Below, piece by piece: positions 10,065 to 22,493 of a stretch of 64,000 nucleotides of DNA. A program made the translations under genes and the position numbers. The stretch spans positions 1,517 to 65,516 of the forward strand of contig JABGVJ010000013.1 of NCBI GenBank assembly GCA_018646105.1, in the 5' to 3' direction. A model generated the notes under the pieces. It searched no databases, was not told the DNA's origin, and saw only the letters and a list, made by a program, of their open reading frames with translations. The DNA is from a bacterium. Its GTDB lineage: Bacteria > Margulisbacteria > Marinamargulisbacteria > JABGVJ01. Every line of letters begins with the position of its first letter. Position 1 is the first letter of the stretch.

Positions 10065-10544
10065 GTGATTTCGCTTAATATATATGAAATCATAATGCAA
10101 ATTTTTAATTTCTTTTTGCTATTATGGGTTCTAAAGTTATTAGTATATAAGCCTCTGCTTGCTTTTTTAGATAAAAGGGCGGACTCCATTCAAAATAATA
10201 TTAAAGAAACAGAAGCTAATAAAAAAGAAGCTCAAGAAATTTTAACAGAACAAAAAGAAGTTTTTGTCCAAGCTCGCTTGGAAGCAAAAAAAATAAGAGA
10301 GCATGTTGAAGCAAACAGCCAGCAAGAACGAGAATTAACATTGGCTAAAACTGAAGATGCTGCTAAAAAAATAATCGAAAATGCCAAAAAAGAAATTGAT
10401 GCTAATTTAGTAGAGGCGCAAAAAGTATTGTTGAAAAAAGTAGGGGCGACTTCAATTTTATTGGCGGAAAAAATATTAAAGAAAAATCTAAATACGGAAG
10501 AAAATAAAAATATTATCAAAACTTATTTGGAAGAAGAAAAATGA
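10065..10544 (+). CDS. atpF: ATP synthase subunit b
   Basis: 159 aa, N-terminal TM then long charged coiled coil; operon position. Confidence 0.75.
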   Translation: MISLNIYEIIMQIFNFFLLLWVLKLLVYKPLLAFLDKRADSIQNNIKETEANKKEAQEILTEQKEVFVQARLEAKKIREHVEANSQQERELTLAKTEDAAKKIIENAKKEIDANLVEAQKVLLKKVGATSILLAEKILKKNLNTEENKNIIKTYLEEEK

Positions 10545-11071
10545 AAAAAATGAAATTAGCTAAACGGTACATGGCGGCTTTTCAAGCTACTTTAGCAGAC
10601 AAAGACCATCAAGCTGCTTTGGCTGAATTTATAGCTATTACAAACTTATTTTTAGAAAAAAAGATAATATTAAATTTTCTAAAAAGTCCGTTAGTTGATA
10701 TAGAAAAAAAGATATCATTTATGAAAAAAGTTTGTGTAAACTTAAAATATACAGATAAAATAAAAAAACTTTTAATTTTATTGTTAAGAAAAAAACGGCA
10801 AGAAATTTTTTTGGAACTAAAAATAATAGCTGAAAAAGAAATAGAAAAACTGCAAAATTTATGGCCTGCTAAAATTGTTTTGTCTGAAGATTGTACTGAA
10901 AACATTAAAAAAAATATTGTTAAAAAATTAGAAGAAAAAGAAAACAAAAAAATAAAACCTATGTTTATTATTAACCCTGTTATATTGGGTGGGTTTAAAG
11001 CTTATATTGAAAATAAAGTTTATGATGCCTCTATAAAAACAGTTTTAAATAAAATAAAAGCTAAACTTTAA
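10541..11071 (+). CDS. atpH: ATP synthase subunit delta
   Basis: 176 aa, position between b and alpha; start overlaps atpF stop (ATGA). Confidence 0.7.
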   Translation: MKKMKLAKRYMAAFQATLADKDHQAALAEFIAITNLFLEKKIILNFLKSPLVDIEKKISFMKKVCVNLKYTDKIKKLLILLLRKKRQEIFLELKIIAEKEIEKLQNLWPAKIVLSEDCTENIKKNIVKKLEEKENKKIKPMFIINPVILGGFKAYIENKVYDASIKTVLNKIKAKL

Positions 11072-11085
11072 AAAAAGGAGATGAA

Positions 11086-12594
11086 ATGAAAATAAATCCA
11101 GAAGAAATAACGGCAATACTGCAAAAAGAAATTGAAGAATATAAAATGGCCTTGGACGTTTCTGAAACAGGAACTGTTTTACAAGTAGGAGATAATACGG
11201 CACGGGTCTTTGGTTTAGAAAACGTAATGTCTCAAGAATTAGTAAAATTTTCAGATGTTCTTTATGGTATTGCTATCAACTTAGAAGAAGATAGTGTGGG
11301 ATGTGTGGTTCTAGGCGATTGTACCGAAATAAAAGAAGGCGATACTGTAGAAAGAACCGGCCATATTTTATCTGTTCCGGTAGGAGAAAGTTTGTTGGGA
11401 CGCGTAGTAGATCCTTTAGGTAATCCGCTGGATAACGCCGGCGAAATTAAAAGCACAAAAAGAAAACCTATTGAGCGTATTGCGGCTGGCGTGTGTGACC
11501 GGCAACCTGTAAAAGAATCTTTGCAAACAGGCATTAAATGTGTGGATACAATGATTCCTATTGGACGCGGGCAAAGAGAATTAATTATCGGAGACCGGAA
11601 AACCGGAAAGACAGCGATTGCCATTGATACGATTATTAATCAAAAAGATACTGGCGTAATCTGTATTTATGTAGCGATCGGTCAGAAAAAGTCTTCAATT
11701 TCTAAAATAGTACATACCTTAAAAAATTATGGGGCTATGGATTATACCATAGTCGTAGCGGCCGCGGCATCAGACACTGCCGCGCTACAATATATCGCCC
11801 CTTATGCAGGATGTGCGATGGGCGAAGAATTTATGGATAATGGAAAAGCGGTTTTAATTGTATATGATGATTTATCTAAACATGCTACTGCTTATCGTCA
11901 ATTATCTTTGCTTTTACGAAGACCTCCGGGAAGAGAAGCTTTTCCAGGTGATGTTTTTTACCTACATTCCCGTCTTTTAGAAAGAGCCTTAAAATATTCT
12001 AAAGAAAAGGGCGGAGGCTCTTTAACTGCTTTGCCAATTATTGAGACGCAGGCAAGTGATGTTTCTGCTTATATTCCTACGAATGTTATCTCGATTACAG
12101 ATGGACAAATTTATTTAGAAGCTAATTTGTTTAATGCGGGCATTAAACCTGCTATCAATCCAGGTATTTCCGTTTCGCGTGTAGGTGGTAGTGCTCAAAT
12201 AAAAGCTACCAAACAAGTAGCGGGAAGTTTGCGTATAGATCTGGCTCAATATTGGGAAATCGAAGCTTTTTCTCAATTTGGTTCTGATCTAGATAAAGCT
12301 ACCTTGGCCCAATTAGCACGGGGGAAAAGATTGGTGGAAATTTTAAAGCAAGATCAATATGATCCTATTCCTATTTCTTTACAAATAGCAATTGTGTATG
12401 CAGCTGTAAAAGGATATTTAGACAGCATTAGCCTGAAAAATATAGCTGAGTTTGAAAAAGAGCTTTTTGCAGTTTTAAGAACACAAAAACGGGATTTGCT
12501 TGAAAAAATAGAAACAAAAAAAATCTTGGATGATGATATAAAAAAAGAATTAAATACCGTGATTCAAACCTGCAAAGAAACCTTGGTGAATTAA
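11086..12594 (+). CDS. atpA: ATP synthase subunit alpha
   Basis: 502 aa; Walker A GDRKTGKT; strong family similarity. Confidence 0.95.
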   Translation: MKINPEEITAILQKEIEEYKMALDVSETGTVLQVGDNTARVFGLENVMSQELVKFSDVLYGIAINLEEDSVGCVVLGDCTEIKEGDTVERTGHILSVPVGESLLGRVVDPLGNPLDNAGEIKSTKRKPIERIAAGVCDRQPVKESLQTGIKCVDTMIPIGRGQRELIIGDRKTGKTAIAIDTIINQKDTGVICIYVAIGQKKSSISKIVHTLKNYGAMDYTIVVAAAASDTAALQYIAPYAGCAMGEEFMDNGKAVLIVYDDLSKHATAYRQLSLLLRRPPGREAFPGDVFYLHSRLLERALKYSKEKGGGSLTALPIIETQASDVSAYIPTNVISITDGQIYLEANLFNAGIKPAINPGISVSRVGGSAQIKATKQVAGSLRIDLAQYWEIEAFSQFGSDLDKATLAQLARGKRLVEILKQDQYDPIPISLQIAIVYAAVKGYLDSISLKNIAEFEKELFAVLRTQKRDLLEKIETKKILDDDIKKELNTVIQTCKETLVN

Positions 12595-12612
12595 TAAAAG
12601 TAAAAGGTAATT

Positions 12613-13485
12613 ATGGCAAACATAAATAAAATTAAAAACAGAATTAGTTCTGTTAAAAAAATCAGAAAAATAACCCAAGCCATGAAAATGGTATCGGCGG
12701 CAAAGTTTAAAAAAGCAACTAATCTTGTGAATACGGCCCGCAATTATGATGATGCCCTTAAAGAAATTATCAATAGTTTTGCTTACAAATTAGAAGATGC
12801 TTCATTACCTATTTATTTTCAAAATAGTAGCCGACGAAAAATAGCGGTAATCGTAGTTGCGGCAGACCGAGGTTTATGCGGAGCTTTTAATAGTGCTCTC
12901 TTAAAGTCAACACAAGCTTTTTTAGAAAAACAAACACAAGCTGAGAAAATTGATTTGTACTTATTTGGAAAAAGAGCGGAACTTTTTTTTAAAAACAAAA
13001 AATGGCCTATTAAAAAAACTTTTTCGGTTGAACTAGGTCATTTAAAAACAGAGGATATCTTAGAAAAACTAGCTGAATTGCCCGAAAACTTTAGAAACGA
13101 AGAGATAGATACTATCCTTCTTTTTGCAAATAAATTAAACGGGGCTTTATCTAATGAAATGACGCCTGCTCAAATTTTGCCAATTAGTATGCCTCAAAAA
13201 AATATAGAAGATGATAAAATTTTCACAGATTTTATTTATGAAGTTGATCAAGAGAAAACTTTAAAAAATCTAGCTTTAAAATGCTTTTGCTTTTTCATTT
13301 ACCATGCGTTAATTGAAAGTAGAGCAACAGAAGAAAAATTAAGAATGGTGGCCATGGATGCCGCTACCAAAAATGCTAATGATTTTATTAATAGCTTAAC
13401 GATAATTTATAATCGAACCAGGCAAGCTATAATAACCAAAGAAATTTCAGAAATAGTAGCTGGGGCTGAAGCTTTAGCTGATTAA
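12613..13485 (+). CDS. atpG: ATP synthase subunit gamma
   Basis: 290 aa; N-terminus IKNRISSVKKIRKITQAMKMVSAAKF and C-terminus RQAIITKEISEIVAGAEAL are typical of gamma. Confidence 0.9.
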   Translation: MANINKIKNRISSVKKIRKITQAMKMVSAAKFKKATNLVNTARNYDDALKEIINSFAYKLEDASLPIYFQNSSRRKIAVIVVAADRGLCGAFNSALLKSTQAFLEKQTQAEKIDLYLFGKRAELFFKNKKWPIKKTFSVELGHLKTEDILEKLAELPENFRNEEIDTILLFANKLNGALSNEMTPAQILPISMPQKNIEDDKIFTDFIYEVDQEKTLKNLALKCFCFFIYHALIESRATEEKLRMVAMDAATKNANDFINSLTIIYNRTRQAIITKEISEIVAGAEALAD

Positions 13486-13489
13486 ATAA

Positions 13490-15171
<1,682 letters not shown>

Positions 15172-15270
15172 TAACAAACCATGGCGGGCTTATAACATTT
15201 ATTGACATTTTTCAATAGATAATGTTAAGCTTTTTAAGCTAATTAAATTGTTGATTATTGGAGGAAAAAA

Positions 15271-15633
15271 ATGATTGCGGTAATAGAAACTGGCGGTAAA
15301 CAATACAAAATAGAAGAAGGCCTAATTTTAGATATTGAAAAAATAGAAGCCGCAAACAAAAAAGAAGTTGCTTTTGATAAGGTTTTGTTAATAAAAAATA
15401 AAGATACGGTTTTAATAGGACAGCCTTATATTGATAAAGCAGTTGTAATGGCTGAAATATTGGAAGACTATAAAGATAAAAAAGTAATTGTATTTAAATT
15501 TAAAAAGAAAACCGGTTATAAAAAAACCAAAGGACATAGACAGCACTTGACTAGAATTAAAATAAATAAAATTAAGTTGCCGACTGAAAAAAAAGAAGTT
15601 AAAAAGGAAAAGAATACAAGGGAGTCAAAATAA
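15271..15633 (+). CDS. rplU: 50S ribosomal protein L21
   Basis: MIAVIETGGKQYKIEEG… bL21 signature; lysine-rich C-terminal extension. Confidence 0.9.
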   Translation: MIAVIETGGKQYKIEEGLILDIEKIEAANKKEVAFDKVLLIKNKDTVLIGQPYIDKAVVMAEILEDYKDKKVIVFKFKKKTGYKKTKGHRQHLTRIKINKIKLPTEKKEVKKEKNTRESK

Positions 15634-15888
15634 ATGGCACATAAAAAAGGGAAAGGCAGCTCTAAAAACGGTAGAGATAGTCAATCTAAACGTTTAGGTG
15701 TGAAATGTTTTGGAGGACAATTAGTATCGCCTGGAAATATAATTGTAAGACAAAGAGGAACAAAATTTCGACCAGGAGTTAACGTTGGTATGGGAAATGA
15801 TTTTACTATTTATGCTAAAATCGACGGCGAAATAAAGTTTGAATATGTAAAAAAAGGCAAACAACAAATCTCTGTTTATCCTGCTTAA
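15634..15888 (+). CDS. rpmA: 50S ribosomal protein L27
   Basis: [24 protein letters not shown]… bL27 signature. Confidence 0.95.
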   Translation: MAHKKGKGSSKNGRDSQSKRLGVKCFGGQLVSPGNIIVRQRGTKFRPGVNVGMGNDFTIYAKIDGEIKFEYVKKGKQQISVYPA

Positions 15889-15911
15889 AATTGATTGTAG
15901 ATAGCTAATAA

Positions 15912-15958
15912 ATCACACCACTATGTATATATATTGAGGTGTGATTTTTGTTTTATTT
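15912..15958 (+). terminator. putative Rho-independent terminator/attenuator after rpmA
   Basis: Stem ATCACACC (15912-15919) pairs with GGTGTGAT (15938-15945), followed by TTTTTGTTTTATTT; the loop is long (~18 nt). Confidence 0.4.
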
Positions 15959-15975
15959 GGATTGAGGGTTGAGTA

Positions 15976-16965
15976 ATGAAATTTGTAGATACTGTAAACA
16001 TTAAAGTTATAGGCGGAAAAGGCGGCGCGGGAGCCGTAAGCTTCCGAAGAGAAAAATATGCTCCAAATGGCGGTCCTGATGGAGGAAAAGGTGGCAGAGG
16101 AGGAAATGTGGTCATTGAAGCCTGTTCTAAACTACAAACTTTGATGGATTTAAAAATAAAAAAACTTTATAAGGCAAGCAATGGTGCTGCCGGAAAAGGG
16201 AAAAATCAATTTGGAACTCAAGGGCAAGATTTAATATTAAAAGTTCCTTGTGGCACGATAATTTTAGATACAAAAAATAATATAATAGGCGATTTGGTGA
16301 ATTTAGACGAAACGCTTATAGTGGCCCCAGGAGGGGCTGGCGGATCGGGTAACAAATGTTTTGCTACATCTAGGAATAAAGCTCCTAGATATGCCCAGCC
16401 TGGTTTGCCTGGCGAAGAAAAAGAATTAGCTTTAGAGCTGCGTTTAATAGCTCAACTAGGCATTATTGGGTTGCCAAACGCTGGCAAGTCGACACTATTA
16501 AAAAAGCTAACGAATGCCTCGCCTAAAATTGCTAATTATCCTTTTACAACTCTTTATCCTAATCTTGGTGTTTTGAAGATTTTTGATCAAGAAATAATCA
16601 TAGCAGATATTCCCGGCCTAATAGAAGGAGCCTCGCACGGACTAGGACTAGGACATGCTTTTTTACGACATGTGGAGCGCACAAAATATTTAATTCATTT
16701 AGTAGCTTTAAATGATACGGAGCCTAAAAATATATGGGCGGATTATAATGTAGTAAATAAAGAATTACAAAAAAATTCTTTAATAAGCCTGATACAAAAA
16801 AAACAGTTGGTAGTTTTTTCTAAAACAGATTTGGTAGATAAAAAAATGGTTACTAAAACAATTGATTTTTTTCAACGAAAAGGGATAAAGGCCATGGCTA
16901 TTTCAGCGCTCACGTCCGACAATACAGATTCCCTGATCCAAAAAATAAGAACGATAGTTTCTTAA
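15976..16965 (+). CDS. obg: GTPase Obg (short form without C-terminal OCT domain)
   Basis: N-terminal glycine-rich Obg fold MKFVDTVNIKVIGGKGGAGAVSFRREKYAPNGGPDGGKGGRGG; G1 motif GLPNAGKST. Confidence 0.9.
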   Translation: MKFVDTVNIKVIGGKGGAGAVSFRREKYAPNGGPDGGKGGRGGNVVIEACSKLQTLMDLKIKKLYKASNGAAGKGKNQFGTQGQDLILKVPCGTIILDTKNNIIGDLVNLDETLIVAPGGAGGSGNKCFATSRNKAPRYAQPGLPGEEKELALELRLIAQLGIIGLPNAGKSTLLKKLTNASPKIANYPFTTLYPNLGVLKIFDQEIIIADIPGLIEGASHGLGLGHAFLRHVERTKYLIHLVALNDTEPKNIWADYNVVNKELQKNSLISLIQKKQLVVFSKTDLVDKKMVTKTIDFFQRKGIKAMAISALTSDNTDSLIQKIRTIVS

Positions 16966-16970
16966 CTCTT

Positions 16971-17558
16971 TTAAGCAATAGTGCTAAAGTCTGATCCGTC
17001 TTGATTAATGGGATCTAACAAAGGATAGGTATTAATACCTTTTTGCATGTTTTCAATAATTTCTTGTAAACGCCTTAATTCTTCGGCCATGCTAGACGCG
17101 GTTATTTGGGTGGTTTTTTGATTTAAATCAACGACCGTAATTCCCTTGTTATTAATGACTTTGATGGGCGTCCGGGCGTACGTAGAACCAGAGACCGTCC
17201 AGGCCGCGAATTCGGGGTTTTTAAGATCTTTTAGAGATACAATGAAATGATATTTCTGTCGGGTTCTTAAATCTTGTTTAGAGGGCTCGGCAATCCCATG
17301 TGGATGAGTGTGATATACGCCGTAAAATTCTAAGCCATGCTTTTCGAAAAACCTGTGGGCGCGTAAAATATCATCGTCGGTAATGGCATAAGTTTTAGTT
17401 CTATCATATAAATGTTGATTGAAAACCGGTAAAATAGCTTTAATTGTATTATTTTCGCCACCCAAAAAACCTCCGGATTCTTCCGGATAATTTTTGACTG
17501 CTTGTTGTACAATAATTTCATAGTGTCTTTGCGTAATAATAAAAACATCTACGGTCAT
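16971..17558 (-). CDS. JAB/MPN (JAMM) family metalloprotease
   Basis: Complete JAMM motif E…GGFLGG…HTHPHGIAEPSKQD (E-x(n)-HxH-x7-S-x2-D); 195 aa with ~60-aa C-terminal extension. Confidence 0.75.
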   Translation of the reverse strand: MTVDVFIITQRHYEIIVQQAVKNYPEESGGFLGGENNTIKAILPVFNQHLYDRTKTYAITDDDILRAHRFFEKHGLEFYGVYHTHPHGIAEPSKQDLRTRQKYHFIVSLKDLKNPEFAAWTVSGSTYARTPIKVINNKGITVVDLNQKTTQITASSMAEELRRLQEIIENMQKGINTYPLLDPINQDGSDFSTIA

Positions 17559-17571
17559 AAAAACCCCTTAT

Positions 17572-18090
17572 TTATTTAGCTGATTTTTTTCGTTCTTGTT
17601 CTAAATATAACATGTTTTGAATTCGGTTTTGTAACGATTTGTTGCGGATTTTAAAATTTAGTTTTTTTAATTCAATGGTATAGCCACAAACGCTTGGTAA
17701 TTTTGAGTGTTTAAGAAAATAACTGAAAGGAAAATTTTTACAAACAGCCGGACGGCGAGAGTAGTCCTGACACGTACCATTTTTAAGTAAAATGCAATTA
17801 AAATATGCGATTTTTTTATTGCTTGTGTGCGCAGGGACAAACCGTTTGTAAGTGTAATTACTTTTAACAAGTTCATCATATTTTTCCTGGGTATCAACAA
17901 GCTGCTGATTATGATATAAATCTAGGCGACAACAACAATCCCCGTCTTTTTTACAATCACCTGCCAGATAAAATAATTCGTTTTTACTTAACCACCAAAG
18001 CCAATCTGCTATTTTTTCACGTTTAAAGGTCCAGTCATTAAGTAAATATAAAAAATATATACCGCAGAAAAAAAAGTTAGGGAAATACAT
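17572..18090 (-). CDS. Cys-rich YkgJ/UPF0153-like putative Fe-S/Zn-binding protein
   Basis: CKKDGDCCC and C…C clusters resembling the CxxCxxCC family; adjacent to and co-oriented with the JAB gene. Confidence 0.45.
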   Translation of the reverse strand: MYFPNFFFCGIYFLYLLNDWTFKREKIADWLWWLSKNELFYLAGDCKKDGDCCCRLDLYHNQQLVDTQEKYDELVKSNYTYKRFVPAHTSNKKIAYFNCILLKNGTCQDYSRRPAVCKNFPFSYFLKHSKLPSVCGYTIELKKLNFKIRNKSLQNRIQNMLYLEQERKKSAK

Positions 18091-18101
18091 GCTAAAAAAA
18101 A

Positions 18102-18800
18102 CTAAAAACCATCTTTAATTTTGACAATAATTTGATTTATACCTTTTTTAGCTAAAGCCAACATAGCCAGTAATTGTTCATGTGAAAAAGTGTTTTTTTC
18201 AGCAGTTCCTTGGATTTCAACAAATTTACCGCTTTCCGTCATTACAATATTCATATCTACATCGGCATTTAAATCATGTTTATAATCTAAATCTAAAATC
18301 ACTTCTTGATTAAACACCCCTACACTAACCGCTGCTAATAATTCTCTAATAGGGTTTTTAGTGATTTTTTTATTTTCTTGTAAATATTGAACAGCGCTGA
18401 CAAGAGCGGCCATGCCTCCAGAAATAGCGGCCGTACGCGTGCCTCCGTCAGCCTGTAAAACGTCAGCATCAATATAAATAGTACGTTCCCCTAAAGCTTT
18501 TAAGTCTGAAATAGATCTTAGAGAACGACCAATTAAACGCTGTATTTCAGAAGTACGTCCGGATAATTTACCTTTACTAATTTCTCTATTCGTACGTGAA
18601 ACAGTAGAAGATGGCAAAAGCGAATATTCAGCGGTCAACCATCCTTGCCCTCTTCCCTTAAGAAAAGAAGGCACTTTTTCTTCGATAGTAGCGGTACATA
18701 AAACCTTGGTATTACCATAAGAAACCAAAACAGAGCCCGGCGCATATTTAGTAAATTTCTTAATAAAAGTTACAGGTCTTAGTTCTTCAGTTTTTTTCAT
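18102..18800 (-). CDS. rph: ribonuclease PH
   Basis: 232 aa, near end-to-end similarity to RNase PH (ELRPVTF…[16 protein letters not shown]…[10 protein letters not shown]…). Confidence 0.95.
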   Translation of the reverse strand: MKKTEELRPVTFIKKFTKYAPGSVLVSYGNTKVLCTATIEEKVPSFLKGRGQGWLTAEYSLLPSSTVSRTNREISKGKLSGRTSEIQRLIGRSLRSISDLKALGERTIYIDADVLQADGGTRTAAISGGMAALVSAVQYLQENKKITKNPIRELLAAVSVGVFNQEVILDLDYKHDLNADVDMNIVMTESGKFVEIQGTAEKNTFSHEQLLAMLALAKKGINQIIVKIKDGF

Positions 18801-19266
18801 TTATAACAGTCTCCTTTTGTTTTTTAGCTATTTTATCTAAAATCTCACGGCTATTTTCTAATGTTTTCTCCATCATGCCGAGATTTTTTTGATTTTTAGT
18901 AACTGTCAATTGTAAATTAGCCAATACCTGATCGGCATAATCTTTTGCTCCTTGGATAATTTCTTTAGCATTATCCTGGGCATCGGTTAATATCTCGTCG
19001 GCTTTTTGATCAGTATAATAAGAATTTTTTTGTCCTGGCTTTAAGTTATAAAAAGAGGGAGGTTGAGCCGTTTGGAAATTTTTAGGTTCTGAGGTGGTCA
19101 AGGCTTCGTGAACTATATCCCCATTGCTTTTAAGCGTTAAACGCATCTTATCTATTAAAGAAAGTAAATTCTTTTCTTCTATGATAACCTTATCGGTTAA
19201 AGGTATTTTTTTGCTTTCTAAAATAGTAGCCTCGAGAGAATCTAACAAACCTAAAACTTCATTCAT
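18787..19266 (-). CDS. hypothetical coiled-coil protein (translationally coupled between coaD and rph)
   Basis: 159 aa, charged and helical; no recognisable motif. Confidence 0.4.
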   Translation of the reverse strand: MNEVLGLLDSLEATILESKKIPLTDKVIIEEKNLLSLIDKMRLTLKSNGDIVHEALTTSEPKNFQTAQPPSFYNLKPGQKNSYYTDQKADEILTDAQDNAKEIIQGAKDYADQVLANLQLTVTKNQKNLGMMEKTLENSREILDKIAKKQKETVINEKN

Positions 19267-19748
19267 TTTTTTGCTTTTTCTTGTAAGAAATCTAGAACAT
19301 TAGCTGAAATAAATTCCTGTACATTACCTCCATTCGATGCGATTTGTTTAACTAAACTAGAGCTTAAATAAGAATATTTTTCATCTGTCATCAAAAATAC
19401 TGTGTCTAGTTTAGGACTTAATTTCCTATTAATAAGCGCCATTTGAAATTCATAATCAAAATCAGAAACCAGTCTTAACCCGCGTATAATCGTGAAAATA
19501 TTTTTTTGAGCGGCGTAGTCTACTAAAAGTCCCTCAAAGCCCTCTACAAAAATATTTTCTTGTCCGGCAAAGCATTCTTTAATCAAATCTATTCTCTCAC
19601 GCATAGAAAAAATCGCCTTTTTTTCCGGGTTATGAATTACCGCCACATGTACTTCCGTAAAAAGATTTTGGGCTCTTTTAATAATATCAAGATGACCGTT
19701 AGTGATAGGGTCAAAACTTCCTGGATAAATAGCTTTTTTCATTGACAC
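19263..19748 (-). CDS. coaD: phosphopantetheine adenylyltransferase
   Basis: AIYPGSFDPITNGHLDII nucleotidyltransferase H/T-x-G-H motif; 161 aa. Confidence 0.9.
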   Translation of the reverse strand: MSMKKAIYPGSFDPITNGHLDIIKRAQNLFTEVHVAVIHNPEKKAIFSMRERIDLIKECFAGQENIFVEGFEGLLVDYAAQKNIFTIIRGLRLVSDFDYEFQMALINRKLSPKLDTVFLMTDEKYSYLSSSLVKQIASNGGNVQEFISANVLDFLQEKAKK

Positions 19749-19791
19749 TTTTTTTCCTTATTTTAAAATCATGGTCTTTTAGGCGTTATGT

Positions 19792-20325
19792 TTACTGTGT
19801 AGCGTGGTCATATACGGTAAGATACGTACTTCCGTATTTATAAGTCCGAACTTTTCCCGCAGGAAAACCATTTTTCACTTCTATTTTCTTATAATGTTCA
19901 CATATTATAAGTCCTGTTTCAAGTATATCAAATTCAAATATAGCCTTCAACGTATACTCATATAAAGAGGCTTCTTTCCAGGGAGGATCTAAAAAAATGA
20001 TATTAAATTTTTCTTGATTAAATTTAAAAAATTTTTTGATGTCTCCCGCAACAACTTGATAACACTCCGGGGGGATGCCCTGAAGATTCTGTTTTAATAA
20101 TTGAGTGTTTTCATCTGAAAAAACGACTTTACGGGCTCCCCTTGATAACGCTTCCAGACCAATGGCTCCGGTACCGCAAAACAAATCTAAAAAAACACTA
20201 TCCCCTACTCTATCCTGAATAATATTAAACAAAGCTTCTTTGACTTTAGATTGAGTTGGCCTAAAGCTATGGTTTTTTGGATATTTTAAATTTTTACCTT
20301 TATATTGACCTGCTATAATTCTCAT
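19792..20325 (-). CDS. rsmD: 16S rRNA (guanine966-N2)-methyltransferase RsmD
   Basis: RIIAG…FLDLFCGTGAIGLEALSRGA…FLDPPW motifs; conserved rsmD-coaD neighbourhood. Confidence 0.85.
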   Translation of the reverse strand: MRIIAGQYKGKNLKYPKNHSFRPTQSKVKEALFNIIQDRVGDSVFLDLFCGTGAIGLEALSRGARKVVFSDENTQLLKQNLQGIPPECYQVVAGDIKKFFKFNQEKFNIIFLDPPWKEASLYEYTLKAIFEFDILETGLIICEHYKKIEVKNGFPAGKVRTYKYGSTYLTVYDHATQ

Positions 20326-20331
20326 TTTTTT

Positions 20332-22413
20332 TTAATTTAAGGTTTCATTAAATAACATTTTATGCTTTTTTATTAAAATCTCTTTGATTTTAGCATGTTC
20401 TGGACTGCTTAACGTAGGGTCTTTTTTTAAAATATAGCTAGCCGCTGCTCTGGCTGCCAACAAAATAGGTTCGTCTTGGACAAGATCCGCATATTTCAAA
20501 TCGCTAACACCGGATTGTCTGACACCCAATCTGTCCCCCGGCCCCCTAATATTCAAATCTAATTCTGCTATTTTAAAGCCGTCTGCAGTTTCTAGCATTG
20601 CGGCAATCCTTTTTTTAGCGCTAGCACTTTTAGGATCGGCTACTAAAAAACATGTTGATTGCTGACCATTGCGCCCGATACGTCCGCGTAACTGATGTAG
20701 TTGGGAAAGACCAAATCTTTCGGCATGCTGGATAACCATAGTGTTGGCGTTTGGAACATCGATGCCGACCTCGATAACAGTAGTTGAAACTAAAACCTGA
20801 AGCTTATTTTGCTTAAAGCCATCCATCATCTTTTCTTTTTCTTTGATAGGCATTTTGCCATGCACCAGCCCAACCGCAAAATCGGAAAAAACGTGTTTTT
20901 GCAAATAAATAAAACTCTCCGTAGCAGCTTGAAGATCAAGTTTTGCGGATTCCTCAATTAAAGGGTAAACAATATATACCTGCCCACCTTTTTTTAATTG
21001 AATTTGACAAAACTCATAAATTTTAGCAATGTTTTTTAAGCGCATAAAATAAGTCGTAGGCCGTATTCGTCCTGGAGGAAGCTCGTTGATAATGGTTTTG
21101 TCCAAGTCCCCGAAGCAGGTTAGCATTAAAGAACGAGGAATAGGCGTTGCAGTCATAAACAAACAATGCGGGGCATAGTTCTTCTTTTTTAAACGAAGTC
21201 TTTGTACAACCCCAAATTTATGTTGTTCATCAATAATAGCCAGTGCTAACTTGGGTATAGAAATCTTATCCTGAATCAACGCATGGGTACCTACTATAAT
21301 TTGTGGGCCGGGGTTTTTAATTTGAGCTAGCGCTTGCTTTTTTACGGCTGTCGGAAGCTTGCCTTTAAGCAATAAAATTTTGATGTTCAAGGGGCTTATA
21401 TATTTTTTAAGCCTTAGGTAGTGCTGTTGCGCCAATATTTCTGTAGGCGCCATAAGCACAGCGTTAAAGCCAGACTCAATGGCCATTAACAAGGCAATGA
21501 TAGCCACGTCCGTTTTACCACATCCGACATCTCCCTGGATAATTCTGTTCATGGCCTGGCCGCTAAGCACATCCTGTTGTATCTCTTTAATGCTATTAAG
21601 CTGAGCTGCGGTGAGTTGATAAGGCAAGGATTGCAAATAAGCTTTGTGATGAGATCCGTCTGTTATTAGCTTTAGGCCTTTAACAGAGGTGGCTATTAGT
21701 TGTTTACGGCTTAAAAGAGAAAGTTGTAAATAAAAGAATTCATCAAAAACAATCCTTTTCCTAGCTTGTTGATAAGTGGGCAAGTCTTGAGGATAATGTA
21801 AATTTTTTAAAGCGCTTTTTAAATCCAATAAATTAATTTTACTTCTAATATTATGGGGCAGCGGCTCCTCTATATACTTAAAAAAATGCTGGGTAATTTC
21901 TGTATAAATATCACGCATTTTTCTCTGCGATAGCCCTTTGGTTAAGGTATACAGTGGGATAAGACGGCCCGCATGTTTAAAATAATCCTGCTTGTTTTCT
22001 AAGACAATATATTCTTGCACATTTAATTCTATATCCTGGATAAAAGGATTGTATTCAACTTTGCCGCCGATTAAAACTAATTGCCCTGGTTTTATGATAT
22101 TTGTGACATAGGGCTGGTTAAACCAGACCATATTTAAGCTAGAAGACGAATCAAAAGCCAGGGCTTTAGTTAAATACGTATCTTGTTTTTTTTCTTGATT
22201 AAAATATTTTATTTTGACCAGGGTAAAGACAGTCTCTCCTTCTTTTAATTCCGAAAGCTTGGGCAGGACTTTTCGGTCCGCATGATCTTTAGGTAAAAAA
22301 TACAAAAAATCACTTACGGTATTAATACCCAACTTGGCTAAATACCGTGCCACTTTAGGGCCCACATTTTTAACGTATTGAATAGAAGCTGTTAGTTTAG
22401 GATGAAATAACAT
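20332..22413 (-). CDS. recG: ATP-dependent DNA helicase RecG
   Basis: 693 aa; wedge/OB N-terminal domain, helicase motifs GDVGCGKT and DEQHKFG. Confidence 0.95.
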   Translation of the reverse strand: MLFHPKLTASIQYVKNVGPKVARYLAKLGINTVSDFLYFLPKDHADRKVLPKLSELKEGETVFTLVKIKYFNQEKKQDTYLTKALAFDSSSSLNMVWFNQPYVTNIIKPGQLVLIGGKVEYNPFIQDIELNVQEYIVLENKQDYFKHAGRLIPLYTLTKGLSQRKMRDIYTEITQHFFKYIEEPLPHNIRSKINLLDLKSALKNLHYPQDLPTYQQARKRIVFDEFFYLQLSLLSRKQLIATSVKGLKLITDGSHHKAYLQSLPYQLTAAQLNSIKEIQQDVLSGQAMNRIIQGDVGCGKTDVAIIALLMAIESGFNAVLMAPTEILAQQHYLRLKKYISPLNIKILLLKGKLPTAVKKQALAQIKNPGPQIIVGTHALIQDKISIPKLALAIIDEQHKFGVVQRLRLKKKNYAPHCLFMTATPIPRSLMLTCFGDLDKTIINELPPGRIRPTTYFMRLKNIAKIYEFCQIQLKKGGQVYIVYPLIEESAKLDLQAATESFIYLQKHVFSDFAVGLVHGKMPIKEKEKMMDGFKQNKLQVLVSTTVIEVGIDVPNANTMVIQHAERFGLSQLHQLRGRIGRNGQQSTCFLVADPKSASAKKRIAAMLETADGFKIAELDLNIRGPGDRLGVRQSGVSDLKYADLVQDEPILLAARAAASYILKKDPTLSSPEHAKIKEILIKKHKMLFNETLN

Positions 22414-22493
22414 TTTTTAAAATTAAAGTTTCCTTTTTTTTTATCGATATTATACCTAAGAAGCTTTTTTAAACAAACCTAAAGGATGGTAAT

